NCBI GenBank assembly: GCA_964247055.1
Contig: OZ176053.1
Coordinates: forward strand, 124,001-188,000
Length of the DNA stretch: 64,000 nt
Origin: Paragordius varius
Lineage: Eukaryota > Animalia > Nematomorpha
Reading direction: 5' to 3'
The position numbers and the translations under genes are program-made. Of this stretch, positions 11,501 through 39,096 are shown piece after piece (position 1 is the stretch's first letter; each line of letters opens with the position of its first letter). The notes beneath the pieces were generated by a model that was given only the letters and a program-made list of their open reading frames with translations, was not told where the DNA came from and ran no database searches.

Positions 11501-14500
11501 TTTAAATTTATAGCAAAAGGAAAATATTTTTACCATACAAATAATTTTTTAGTTTATTGGTTGCATTTAATATACCATTTACAGTTCAAATTCACCCTTA
11601 AACAATTCAAATTCACCCTCGAACAATTCAAATTCACCCTCAAATAAGTAACATGTTATTTAAGATTAAAAAATACTTATATTTTAATATATTTTTAAAA
11701 AATAAAATTTTGTTTTAAATTAAAATAATACTGAAAAAAATAATTAATTATGCCATAAAGATATATTTTATATTAATAATGAGTTATATTAGTTCGAAAA
11801 CACATAATTTATTTTTAGGGTGAATTTGAATTGTTCAAGGGTGAATTTGAATTGTTCGAGGGTGAATTTGAATTGTTTAAGGGTGAATTTTAACTGTAAA
11901 TGGTATATATAAGCATTTGTAAACCCATAGATTTTTTACCATTACTTTGATACTATACTCATGCTTCAAACTCGGTTCTCAGAAACGGTTAAACGCATTC
12001 ACAATTGGTTAGATCGTAATGCTAAAGAATTGTTGAAAATGCATGGAAAGGTAGAAAGAAAATTTTATTTATTAGCAAAACAATTTAATATTTTTACTAA
12101 ATTTTATTAGCAATTTAATATTTTAATTTTAGCGATTTTTTACTCAAAAACATAAATTAGATTTTAGCTTTTGACGAACAACAACAAAATTTGGATGAAC
12201 GTATAAAAACCGTTTTGATGGAAAAAATAGTGGACCAGAGTTTTATGTAAAAAATGAAAAAAGTTTTTTTTGTGTTCAATATCGTTCGTTAGTCCTTGAT
12301 TGCTTGTTATATTGTCCTTTGTCCATATTTGATGTCGTAATTTTGTCCGTTTGCGTTATTTGGTATCAACCCTTTTTAATCTTTATTTTTTTACCTTGAT
12401 ATTCAAGCTTTAACCAATTTTAATCTTTAGAGGTGTCAGATGAAAGTGTCATTATATTTGAACATTAATAAAAAGTCGTCGGGATCCATACATGTGCATG
12501 CAAAATATTTTATTAACTTTTTTATGTTATTAGAGAGTATTTGAACTGCCCTTAATCTATCTAGTATAGTGTCGTTTTTTGTACAAAATAAATATTTCTT
12601 TAAAATAATGTTTATAACCATGGAACCAATTCACGTCTCATATCTATCCTATCCTTTTTGTTCTTAAATTGTTTCCCACATTTTTATTTAAACACCGATT
12701 GAAAGCGTATTATATTTGCCATGTTATTTTGATTACTATTATAAAAGCAAAAATTTTGAAATAATGTTGGCTTAAAAACAAATAAATTCTCGATGGTTAA
12801 TGTATATATATCATAGTTTCTAACCTTATGGCATGTCTTAATTGATTATTGGTCAATTTTATTTTTTATATTATATAATATTATATACTCTTTTCGTGTG
12901 CATAGGCATATCCATTACACTACCTTATTAGCTAGTGCTTATTGGAACAAAGCATTTATTAGTTTGAAACAAACGAGGATAAATGAACCTTTGGATAAAG
13001 GAAGCAATAAAAATAATCTTGATTCTGGACAAGATTGGATTCTTAAGTTTCAGGGCATACTTGAAAAAACTATCAGTTTGTTTGATGAAACTGTTTATAC
13101 CACAAAATTGGTTAATCTAAAGGAACATAAAAATGTACTATTACCTTACCAAGATTATATGAATGAAAGGGGTGGCCATATTCGACAAAAATTTATACAA
13201 TACCTGAGTTATTTAAAAGTGTATGCCTATGGATATGCAAACATGATATTAACAACTTCACCAATGAATACGGATATATCTTCTGAAGCGAATAGTGTTT
13301 ATCGTATAGGTCTTAGATGTTCTCAGGCAAAATTTATATTTTCTCAAGCACTTTCAACCATATTTGAGCATTCTACCGATTGTGCCGCCCACCATAATAC
13401 GTTTTGTGAGCAAAAATTACTTAAAACATCTAAAAACGAATCTTTAGATATTGTCGGCTTTAAAAAATTTTCTATACAGTCGTCGACTTCATCAACTACG
13501 GATTTACTAATTATTTTCCCTTCAAAAAATGAGAATAAACACCAAAGTCAAGAAAAACCTGAAAATGAAGAATCTATCAAAGGTGTTTGTGTAGAAAAAC
13601 TCTTAAAATGCGATCCTTATGTCATAGCTTTATCGCTTGTGTCTCAAATACGGACAGATTCGAACAAACAGGTATTTTGAGCCTCTAGAAATTTCAAAAA
13701 ATTACAAGTTTTATAAAATAAAAATAGTTTTTTTAAATGAATTAATTGGTTTATGAAACAAAAAAATGAACGGTTTTACACTTTAAGTTTTTTAACAAAT
13801 TTTTTTTGAAGAATATAGTATGTATGATATAATAAGTTGTAAAAGATAATAGTAATAAAAAATATTACTTAATTAAATATAAATATAGATCCAATAGGAA
13901 CTTATTCACGGTTGTCCCTTAATATATAAAAAAACGATATAATAGTGGGAATAGTGTGCTTTTTAAATTTCTAATAAAAATATTTTTCATGTAGGCACTT
14001 TCCATAGCCCAAAAAATTTTGATGTGTTTGAGAATGTATATTGAACATTTTGCAAAAAACACCAAAGGATCAATTTTGGATTTGCTACAAGCACGATATG
14101 CTTTAACGGTTATATCACTTAATCTTAGGTAGTATTATACATTTTTTATATTTAGTTTTATAAAATAAGGGATCAAATTTGTCCTTAGAAAAGATCATCA
14201 TATATTTTTTTGTAAAATATCGTAATTTTATTTTTTGAGATAATATTACCAACTTTTTTTTGATAATCCACCAATAAATCTCGTTTATGTGAATTGATGA
14301 TAATTATTGTTTTAATTTAATGTAATTAACTGTTTTTTGCGAATAATGTTTATTTAATGATACATTCACGACTATTTTTTTACTAAATGGTTTAACATAA
14401 TGTTAAAAAAGATAATTCTTAATATAATTGTAAATATATTTATACATTATATATATTTCCATATTTTAGCTATGCAATGCATGATCTCGATATAGATCTA

Positions 14501-14989
14501 TCATTGGAGTATTTATGCGATTCTCAATTTTTACCATTCCTTTCCGGACTCTTTGAGTTTTACGGAGGAAATATATGGTGCGAAAATGATTTAGAAAATA
14601 TTAATTGCCTTCAAAAAATGGGCTCCTCCACTACGAATTCTGCATTAGATGCGAAATCCTTAGACTTTTTAAATACTAAAGATCCTGGAAATTTATCCAG
14701 ATTTCAACACTTGTTGCAACTTTTCATTCTAGTACATAAGAACTGTCTCCAAAGCATATCGGCTCAATTATATGTTTTACGAGATATTCAAGTGGAAAAA
14801 TGTTTAGCTTCACTTTCATATCAACATGGTAAATATTTTCATATTTATAAATTGTATAATTTATTTTAATTTTAGTTAAAACACTATATATCTTTTTGAA
14901 TTTTAGATACTACACTTGTGGAGTGTTTGCCGAATGAATACAAACGAGCCTTGGATTATTTCAGTGATAACTATTTAAATCTGTTATAG
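6239..14989 (+). CDS. Uncharacterised ~1200-aa multi-exon protein with N-terminal TPR-like helices (about 16 exons)
   Basis: Phase-consistent GT-AG chain checked at several junctions (6239-6331, 6356-6589, 6617-, ~7810-, 8551-, 9549-, ~11931-12050, ~12161-12247, 12906-13671, 14470-14828, 14907-14989 ending ...NYLNLL*). The N-terminus (QKYNEALEALQNFEK...LIAFCLYYKGNFTESKMYYKKL) has a TPR-like pattern. Family not recognised. Confidence 0.7.
7373..7796. mobile_element. Family F foldback MITE (7373-7674) plus a partial tandem duplicate of its right half (7679-7796)
   Basis: gggtgaatttgaattgttt units ending gaactgtaaatgg|TA; internal tatggcatagtttattattttttc core. Confidence 0.85.
8122..8372. mobile_element. 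Family F foldback MITE
   Basis: TA|ccattta...cccttgaacaattcaaatt at left and agggtgaaattgaattgttc...gg|TA at right. Confidence 0.85.
10802..11351. mobile_element. Two adjacent family F MITEs in opposite orientation (10802-11075, ~11092-11351)
   Basis: Both carry the tandem-unit TIRs. The core reads tatgacataatt in the first and tatgccataaag in the second. Confidence 0.8.
11575..11903. mobile_element. Family F foldback MITE, best-preserved copy (329 bp, TA-flanked)
   Basis: Left CCATTTACAGTTCAAATTCACCCTTAAACAATTCAAATTCACCCTCGAACAATTCAAATTCACCCT is the near-exact reverse complement of the right end; flanked by TA on both sides. Confidence 0.95.
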
Positions 14990-15184
14990 GCTTTATTATC
15001 ATATGTCATATAATATGTATTCTAGTATCAAATAAATTTGTATGTGTATTTGTAATATATAATATTTGAACAATTTCAATCTTTGTAGTAGTTTCATATA
15101 GAAAAGCGGATGCTAAATTTATTCTACCCCCCAATAAATCAAATTCAAATTTGCATCAACTGTACCAAATCGAATCTTTTAATA

Positions 15185-15290
15185 TTTTGATCAGAAAAAA
15201 TAGGCTTAGATATTTATGCGGACACATCAAACGTGCTCCAGAACAATGGACAAAAAATAAAATTGTATCCCTACATGACGATACATCAAA
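15185..15290 (+). pseudogene. Short RTE-like LINE C-terminal relic
   Basis: Translates IRKNRLRYLCGHIKRAPEQWTK, resembling the RRLRW.GH..R motif downstream of RTE-clade RT. Match is short. Confidence 0.4.
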
Positions 15291-15637
15291 TTTGTTTAAA
15301 AATAGTTAAATTTAGATTTGAAAACACCCCCCCCCCCAAAAAAAAAAGTGGTTTCGAGGAATTATTTGTTTTTAAAAATATATCGTTATAAAGCGTTTAA
15401 TCAATCCTTCTAATACCCAAAACTTTGGCAGTTTATAGATTATAATAAAATACGGAAATTGATTCCATGTTGTAATGAAAGTTCATATGCATGCATGGTA
15501 AAAAATTGAAAAGATTCGAAGACTAAATCACAGTTAACCCTAAATTGCTTTTTACTATTTAATACATTTATATCATTATAAACATGACTTGCTCGGGTAC
15601 ATAAAATAGAGATTTAAATTAAATAAATATATATATA

Positions 15638-15935
15638 CCATTTACAGTTCAAATTTATCTTTGAACGATTCATTTACACTCTCGACACCCTTTTCAAATT
15701 CACCCTAAAAATAAATTATGTGTTTTCGAACTAATATAACTCATTATTAATATAAAATATAGCTTTATGGCATAGTTTATTATTTATTATTTTTTTAATT
15801 TAAAACAATTTTCTTTTAAAAAATATATAAAAATATGGGTAATTTTTAATGTTAAAATACATAATTTTGAAGGTGAATTTAAATTGTTCGAGGGTGAATG
15901 TAATTTGTTTTAGGGTAGATTAGAATTGTAAATGG
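15638..15935. mobile_element. Family F foldback MITE (intergenic)
   Basis: (TA)n|ccatttacagttcaaatt ... gaattgtaaatgg|(TA)n with the same core. Confidence 0.9.
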
Positions 15936-16564
15936 TATATATATATATACGTCCAATAATATCAATCCAATTATTCATGTTTTATAAATATAAAAAAACA
16001 GTATAAAGAGACAGAAAAACTGATATCTAAATTTAATTTTTTACTCCTTGAAAAATCCCTTATAATAAAATTTAATATAATATTTATCATGCATATTTTG
16101 TTTTAGCGCTCAATGCTATATTCAATCTATTAAATATAATTAATATGTGGTGTTTCTCGTTAAAATTAAGCTGAAAATTCTTTCATTTTAATAGTAAGTT
16201 TTAAATAACAATTATTTCTTTTATTCAAAAAATAAAGCCCGAACGGGAATATGTTTAATAAAAGGATGTAATTCAAGTTTAGTTTCTAATAAAACTGGAT
16301 TATTTTTAAAAAATATACACAGAAAGTGAAATTTTTAAAGTGTTTGGAATTAATTTTCAAAGATTAAGGGTTCGATAAGGGTTGGTTTTTTTATAACCTT
16401 TGGTTATAATAATGATTTTTATATTTTTTAACTGTTTTTAAAAATGGTCGGTATTCCAAAAATATATTAAACTCAGTTTTCTTACAAAGAAACCATTGCA
16501 AAAATTAAAAACATTTTGAATATTTATATTATAAGGAATTGAAATTATATATATAATATTTCCT

Positions 16565-16596
<32 letters not shown>

Positions 16597-17215
16597 CGAT
16601 ATCTATTTTAACATAAAAATTTATAATCAAACTAGGAAGTAGAAAGGAATTACTAAAGCAAAAAAATTATAATTTTGCAATTTCATTATTTACAACCCGC
16701 CTAAGTTAAACAGGTAGACTGGTATATTTTTATGCTTTTTATTTTATTTTAATGAAAATATATTTTAGGATATGATTTGCGGAAAAAGGTAGAAATAGTG
16801 ATTTATGAATAATCTGTGCCATTCAAATTTTTATCTTTCACTTTAAAGTCATAATTATCTTATAATTTATTAAAAAAAAATTATGGATTAAAATTATTAA
16901 CGCCCTTATATTCAATTTTTTATAAAAAATTAAAATAATTTTTTTATTTATTATTAAAAAAAATATTTTAGTTTTACGCCTCCTTAAAACCTATATATTT
17001 TGTAAAAAATATCTATTTTATATAATTTTCATAAGTAATGTCCTTTCGTCATTAATTATATATTAAATCATAAAAATTAATTAATATTACCTATCCTATT
17101 ATAATACAAGGCTAATTCGATCGACCCTTCTCTATTTAAAGCGCAACTTTATTTATCCGCGAAAGCACATTATTTTTTTTCTTGAATACAGTTTTTTTTT
17201 TCAAAAAACTCAATA

Positions 17216-20200
17216 ATGGAAAATTGTTCCATTTCAAGCCATAATACTTGTAAACTAAAGAAAAAAGGATTTTTTCAAGATGTAAATATCCCAAATTCGT
17301 TGGGCTTCATAGCTGGCACGCTTATAGTCATGTCATTATTGGGTATGGGCTTTATTCCTTGGCTCAATTACAAAATTAAAATTCTTGAGCAAGATCAGGC
17401 CGCATACCTGACTGCCATTGAATTAAAGCTTGAGGAAAGAGAACAATTTTACAATTATTTGGTGGGAGAGGCTTCGAAATTACAGGTACAAATTTTTTTA
17501 TAAAAACCAACCTATTATATATATCTAAAATTCATTGGTATTTATATTTTTAGGGTGGTATAGCCACCAGGGTTTCTTAAAAAACAGTCAAATATTAATT
17601 TGTAAATTTCTGTGGGTTCAAATTATTTTTTGGCTCTTAGGTGAAAATCGTATCATTGATTCGAGAACGAAGGATGAAAAAGCTGGCGGAACTTGAACGC
17701 TTAAATCCAACATTTCAATTTAATACTAATAATTACCCTAATAATATTCACCCGCAAATCAATGCCACAATGCCCGCCATATCTTTGACGAGTACCAAAA
17801 AAAGTCGTAAAGGCAAAAAACGTGAAAAACGTCAACTCTTAGCCAACGCAGATAAACTTTTGGCCTCATCCCTACCCGATACCCCTATAGCAGACTTGGA
17901 TGCCGCCGAGAAACTTGCCGATGATATAATCATTGAGAATATGAAAGCGGATCCTGATTTGCCGCCTATCGCCTTTGGCGAGATTGGAGCGGAAGCATCA
18001 CCCCAAAAATCTGCCAGTTATGCGGCTCAATTTGGACGGGGTGGTCAAACGCCCGTAGTTGATGACACGCTCGGAGGCAATGTACAAGCCCGGTATCGAG
18101 AATTTGATATCCGTGGGAGATCTTCAAACGGCGGTTCTGCGTCAGCGAGTGGTGGTTCCTCAGGAGGTTCCTCACGAATTTCGCGGTTCCAATCTTTTGC
18201 AAGCAGTGCTCAACGCTTTGGGGCAGCCAGTTCAGCTTCAGCCACGTCTCGTGGCGGCGGCGGTGGTCGAGGGGGAAACGGGGGAGGAGGAAATGGTTTC
18301 AAGGGATTAGGTCAATCAAGTATGAAAATTTGTGATTTTATTAGCGAATGCTGATTTTTTTTTGATATGTTTGATCAAAGAAGGCGTAGCAAGAGGGTGA
18401 AAGAGGTGTGTGTGTGTATACACGCATCATACGCTATAAATTAAGGGGTGCTTAATTAGATTTATTTAATTTTTTTCAAAGGGTATGCTTAAAATTTAAC
18501 AATTGCAAATAATTTATAGCGATAAAGTATTCATGCACTGGGTGCCAATATTAGTTACGCCACTGTATTGATTCAAAAATATTGCATATATAGTACTTGG
18601 GTTTATTAGTCATTTCTATATAAAATTTGGCTTAAGTCTGGTTCTCTTTTTTTTAATTTCTATGGCTAACGAAATTTATACCAAAAGAATACTGTAAATA
18701 AATGGAGATGATACTATTTTTTAAGCATTAATTTTTTATACCATATATAAAATAATTAAAGCGCAGATTAACCAATCCACAATATTTAACATTTATACTA
18801 GAATTTAAGTTTTCATTGATCTTTAACCAAAAACCTTACTATAGCCTTATCCCTAATGTTTGAATTATGTTCTTAAAATACAATTTCAATTTAATCTTAT
18901 GGATTACATTCATTAATAAATCATTTATAACAACAAATCTAGGCGCAGTTTATATTATCCACTTTCCCATGCTCCTTAATAAAAAATGTATAATGCCTTG
19001 TAAATACTAATCATATATAAAAAAGCTGACAACACGCCTTACACATTCTCATGTTTAAAATAAAGAAAATTTTAAATAATTTTTTTTGATGAAAAATAGA
19101 CACGGGTTGTAAAAATTGCCCCAGTGGTCGACCAGGCCACCCCGGTCGTCAAGGCAGAACTGGGAACCCTGGAATCCCTGGTGAACTTGGAATAGATTCG
19201 AGAGCTCCTGGAAATCCTGGCACGCCTGGAACCACAGGAAAACCAGGAAACCCCGGACCAAAAGTAAACCACCTCACTCGCTCGTTTTACCACACAATAT
19301 TGTGAAAAATTTGATAATTTTGTAACTATCGAAATTTATTATATATATATGGTATATTATGGAATCGATATTGTTGTTTCTAAAACTCGGAATTTCGTGA
19401 TACAACGGTAAATATAACGGATTTTTCAATAAGGTATCAGTTATATCAAAACAGACGTTTCTCGTAAATTATTTATTGATAACAAAACTACGCAATCTTT
19501 TCATCATCACTGTCATCCCTGGGCTGGCGAGTGTTTATGCCTTCACAAGTCCGGATACAATTTACGGCCTTATCTTTAATAAAAAAAATTGAAAAAGAGA
19601 CTCTAAAGTGTGTATTTTATTTTTATTTATTGATAATTTTACCATGACCTTGTTAATATTTTGACAAATTTGAATAATATCACGCATTTTGACAAACTTG
19701 AATATTTATATTATGCAAAATAACTAAAATTCTATACAGGGACCACCAGGACCACCCGGACGAGATGCAGAGCCTGGAACAGATGGTAATCCTGGCCCAG
19801 ATGGCGCTGATGGAAAAAACGGTTTACCTGGCAAGGATGGCAATAATGGAATTCCTAGCAATATACCAGTACACATTATTTTCATATTATAACTATTATG
19901 GGAGAGTAGATTTTTCACTATAGACAACTAAATATTTATTTTTAGAGCACTAATTAATTTATGGTTTTGATAAAAATATGTAACCGGTATCTATATGATT
20001 TTTTAGAAATACAAAACATATAATATAAAAAATTTATTTTATTTCTCTTTAGGAGATATTATAATTGTAATACTCAACTTTTCACGGTAATAAAATATAT
20101 TAAATCAATCACAAAACTTTAAAATTAGGGAATATGGTAGTAAATTAGCAATCAAAGTTGGTTATTTAAGTAATTTATTTTGATATACTTAACCATTTTT

Positions 20201-23200
20201 TGTGTATAATATATAGGGTGATACAGGTCGAGCTGGAGATGCTGGCCGACCTGGGGGTCGAGGATTACCCGGAAGTGCAGGGAGGGATGGAGAGCCTGGA
20301 ATTCCTGGGAGAGACGGGGAGCGCGGAGACCCTGGAGATCTGGTAAAACACTTTTCCTTCTGATTTATTTGTCAAATAAAGGGAACTATTTTGGATTTTG
20401 ATGAAAGGATAACCTTGCTTATAAGGTATTACTTGGTGATTCTTAGGAATATAGACTTTTCTAAGTGAATTATGAGTAAAATGGTCTACTTATAAAAGTT
20501 TAGTATATAACATTATTCCGAAATTGTATTTCATTTGAATACTATTTTCAAAATATATATCGTTAAAATCTTGGTAAATTTATTAGTATTATTTTTGCAA
20601 AAAAATAAAAAATAAACATAATGTAAATCCCATATTTCAGAAAAAAAGGTTCCATAAATATCCCATTAAATGAAAGTAAAATATAGCGTATCGAAATTTT
20701 ACAGTTCAATTTTTTTATAATGACATAATTCATGATCAGAGACCAAAGTTAACAACTCGGTCACTCATTTATGATAAAATATTGATGGTTGGTTTTTTTT
20801 CATTTCAGGGCGAACCTGGAAATACGGGTTTGGACGGAGCCCCAGGCGATCCCGGTGCCAAAGGTAAAGATGGCTTAGACGGTTTAGCAGGCCCACCTGG
20901 CCGCGATGGAATTCCAGGCTTTGATGGAGAAAAGGTTTTTCAATATTTATAACAATATTGGTTACGTTGAATTATTCTATTCTTGTGTTTGGGTAAAAAA
21001 TAAATTTTATAAATTGAAATGATTAATGGTAATATTTTATTAAACGCATGCATGTCTTTTTAGGGCCAAAGAGGTGCACCCGGAAATCCTGGTATTGATG
21101 GACCGCCCGGAAAACCGGGTGTAGATGGTCAACCTGGTCGGGAAGGCAAACCTGGCGCTTTTGGACCCAAAGGACAAAAGGGGACTCCGGTAATGAAAAA
21201 CAACAACATTTTCGACAATAAATTTTGGGGAATTTACCATTTACAATTCAAATTCATCCTCGAACTATTCAAATTCACTAAAAATAAATTATGTGTTTTT
21301 AGCTCATCATTAATGAGAAATATATTCTTATGGCATAGTTTATTATTTTTTCAGTATAATATTAATTTTAAACGAAATTTCATTTCGTTTAAAAATATGA
21401 AAAAATAGGTAATTTTTATTCCTAAAAAACACATGTTTTATTTTAGGATGGATTTGAATTGTTTGAGGGTGTATATTTGAATTGTAAATAGCATATATAT
21501 ATAAAATTTATTTAAAAAATTATAAACAACATTAAATATATTGGTTTGTTGTTAGGGATTACGTGGAGCGCCAGGAGGAACGTCGCATGGAAATGATGCC
21601 ATTCCCGGAATGGATGGAAGGCCGGGGAGAGATGGTTTCCCCGGTCGAGACGGGAACCCGGGTCAAGATGGACGCCCTGGCGAGCCAGGAAAACCAGGTT
21701 TTTGTCTTTAACGTTTGTGGAATTAAAAAATTATTTCAAAACTGTTAATTAATGATTTGTTTAGCGTATCAAACATCGCTGTACATAGGTGTTATCCATC
21801 AGCCACAAATATTTATCTTTTTTGTCTCATCAAGGGCCGACCATATAATATCGATAAAAATTTCGTAGCTGTTTAACACATTTGCAAATACTTTAAAATA
21901 AGTATATCAAAAATTTAATAAATAAATAGTTTAGGCTATAAAAAAGCACTTCTAGGGCCACGGTTTTACCGCGGGGTATTGTTTCAATATGATGGTAAAT
22001 CATATGTAAATTAATGTCATCCATAACATTCGTTAGCTATAAAAACTTATCTTACTCTCTCATAATCATATTGATTTTTTCTTAGGCAAAGACGGACTAC
22101 CGGGGCGTGATGGTAAACCCGGTTTTGATGGCAAACCCGGCGCGCCAGGAAAACCGGGTGTTGACGGAATCCCGAATTTCGAGGTTGGAGAGGTCGGAGA
22201 CCCTGGAGATCCAGGACGAGATGGGCTGGATGGTGAGAATGGAACGGATGGGAAAGATGGAGCTCACGGTTTAGATGGTGTAGATGGACGTGATGGGGAT
22301 ATTGGCCTGCCTGGTCCTGATGTATGCTGCCATTTTTAAACTTGAATTACAGTAAAAAATTGAAATTACAAAGCTGGAAACGTAAAAACTAAAAGTTAAT
22401 ATTCACACGGCCATGCTTTTTTATATGATCTGTTACTTATATCCATTATGTTTTCAATTGTTAAGTATAAGAGTGTACGCCTCTAATACTTGTTTTTAAA
22501 CCCAAAAACAATAAATTATATTTTGAAAAAATGGAGTTAAAATATTTGTTCCTTAGTTTTTGATTTTTGTCATTATCATTTCAATTACTTCTTTTTACTG
22601 TCACAATAATATGTAAAATGGATGTCTTTATATAATATGGTTCTTACTTTTTTACGTTTTGATGTCTTTATAATTTCAATTTCCTTTTTTCTAAATAAAT
22701 AACCTCATAATTGTGAAAACAAACTTTTTATCATTTTAATTTCAACACACAAAAATTAATAGGGACCGGAAGGACCAGCTGGTCGAGACGGAGAGCCGGC
22801 ACCGGACGGCCCGCCAGGAAATAAAGGTCCGAGAGGCGAAAGAGGTGATCGCGGTCCCCAAGGAAGCAGTGGTGCTGTTGGAGAACCCGGGACGAGCGGA
22901 AGACCTGGTCTCCCTGGACCAAGAGGAGAAATGGGACCTGATGTATGTATTTAACAATAAAATAAAATTTTATGCTTTTTATAGTTTTAAAATAATATGG
23001 GCCTTTTGTTTGGTTTGGTTACAATTTTATGTTTTATAGTTTTAGCCTGGTTATTTAAGATCAATTTATAACATTTCTGGCTTAGACACGAAGTTTGTTT
23101 GGTAAAATTTTAGTCAAGAAACCTTGGTTGAAAAAAGTCACCCTTTTATAAACTTTATAGTCATTAATGTTGTTCTTTCGAAATTAATATACTATTCATA

Positions 23201-24313
23201 TTTTTTCGCTTTAGAAATAATTTATATATATCGCAATTGACAGGGCGAACCTGGTATGCCAGGGGAAGAGGGAAACTCCGGTCCACGCGGAAAAATGGGG
23301 CCTTATGGACCGGCCGGAACTGAAGGACCTCCAGGTATTCCAGGGGTCGATGGTTCACCCGGGCCTCAAGGTGACCCTGGGCAGGATGACACGTGCGGGT
23401 GTGGAGCGGCCGCTCAAGCTGGCCCAGCTTATTTGGGATCCTCAACTTACATTCGAGCTGGCGCTGCTGTGTGTGATTCATCCCGCGGAACTCAAACTGT
23501 TTATTCAGGTAGGGGGTGAATAATTATATAGGTTTGTTTCGTCTCCTTATTAATTTTAATATATATAAAATGAATGGTTGTAATAATGATGAACAAATAA
23601 GGTGGTTAAAATGTGAGAAAAATCAGTTCAATCGTTTTTTAACCAAAGACGTGGTTCTATATTAATGGATGAGTATTTTTAATAAGTTTAATGAATGAAT
23701 GATATAAATAATGTAAATGTGAATTGGCTTTCCTTCGCAAACTATATACCTTCAAACGCATTTTTATATTGATTAAGCATTGAGGTGGTGTTATAATTAA
23801 AAACAACCAGGGATCATAATTTATATTAAAAATGTTAATTTAGGATATTTGGCTACGGGTTGTTCCGAGGCCCCAGGAAGTGGTGCTAAATACTTGTGTC
23901 TCCCGGTCCGCTCTGAGTTAGATATCGAGTATGAACTTGATAGTCGATCTAAGATTTGTGGATCCGTTTACATTAATCCAGCCCGGTCAGGGCGGGTAGC
24001 TGCATGTGCTCTATGTTTCGCCCCACGAAATGCTATGGTTATGGTTCCTGGAGTCTCATTTTGCCCGGGGCAATGGACCCTGGAATACGATGGCGTTTTG
24101 ATGGCCGAAGGTGAACATTACAGCCGTTCAGAATATGTTTGTGTCGATAAAAACCAGGAATCTCCATTTACACCGAGTGGCAAGCATATAAGACTAACTG
24201 GTAAACACAATAATATAGCGGCCCTTGGATTGGTAGGAATTGAGTGTGGCGTACTCCCGTGCGATCAGTACAAACACAAAGGACCGATTCCTTGCGCTGT
24301 CTGCACGTTTTAA
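17216..24313 (+). CDS. Type II transmembrane collagen, 970 aa, with spongin/short-chain collagen C4-type C-terminal domain; 12 exons: 17216-17485, 17641-18319, 19100-19263, 19740-19868, 20217-20342, 20809-20934, 21064-21189, 21556-21697, 22086-22321, 22763-22942, 23244-23508, 23844-24313
   Basis: All junctions are GT-AG and phase-consistent (2913 nt). Domain order: TM ([22 protein letters not shown]), coiled coil, REKR|Q, Gly/Ser-rich linker, GCKNC, ~440 aa interrupted Gly-X-Y, TCGC, then [31 protein letters not shown]...[29 protein letters not shown]. Confidence 0.92.
18381..18566. mobile_element. Probable hAT-type MITE in collagen intron 2
   Basis: Right end GTTACGCCACTG (reverse complement CAGTGGCGTAAC) and a degenerate left end aaggcgtagc. 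Confidence 0.45.
21237..21491. mobile_element. Family F foldback MITE in collagen intron 7
   Basis: TA|ccatttacaattcaaattcatcctcgaac... with the same core and right TIR. Confidence 0.85.
22350..22600. mobile_element. Family C MITE (TA|CAGTAAAAA ends, Tc1/mariner-like)
   Basis: Left cagtaaaaaattgaaattac...aaacgtaaaaactaaaag and right ctttttactg. Confidence 0.7.
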
Positions 24314-24739
24314 TTATTCAAATCGTACACGACTTTTTAAAGTTTTTTTTTACATTCAACTAATTGCGATATATTTATTTTTAAAGCTAATTTTTATTAA
24401 CCCAAAATCCCAATCATAAACCAAAACTTATAAAATTTTGAGGATTTTAGCCCGTATTTGTTTCATTAAAGTTTCGTGTGCATTTATTGTCATTTTAATA
24501 TAATTTCATAAATTCAATAATTTTTAATTACTCACACACAATACAAAGTAAAAAATTTAGTTACAGTAATAATGAAATAAATTAAAGATGAAAGAATGAC
24601 ATTGTATAGTTTGGAGAGTTTTTGAAAGCCAATGAGTTGACAATGTTTGACGGTTAAATAATTGCAAAATGAATATTAAAAGCCAATAACTATTATAATT
24701 AATGCATAATGACATTTGCGTACCATTTAATTTTCCACA

Positions 24740-39096
<14,357 letters not shown>

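Noticed and set aside
12436-12621. 61-aa antisense ORF within an intron of the TPR-like gene
   Set aside because: Short, AT-biased composition and no motif.
17131-17142. TATTTAAA TATA-like box upstream of the collagen ATG
   Set aside because: Uninformative at this AT content without TSS data.
17966-18310. Overlapping ORFs 17966-18202 and 18059-18310
   Set aside because: Shadow frames of the GC-rich collagen exon 2.
19055-23523. Short antisense/alternate-frame ORFs over collagen exons (19055, 19072, 19724, 21040, 21563, 22731, 22742, 22845, 23164, 23305)
   Set aside because: By-products of Gly-X-Y codon structure.
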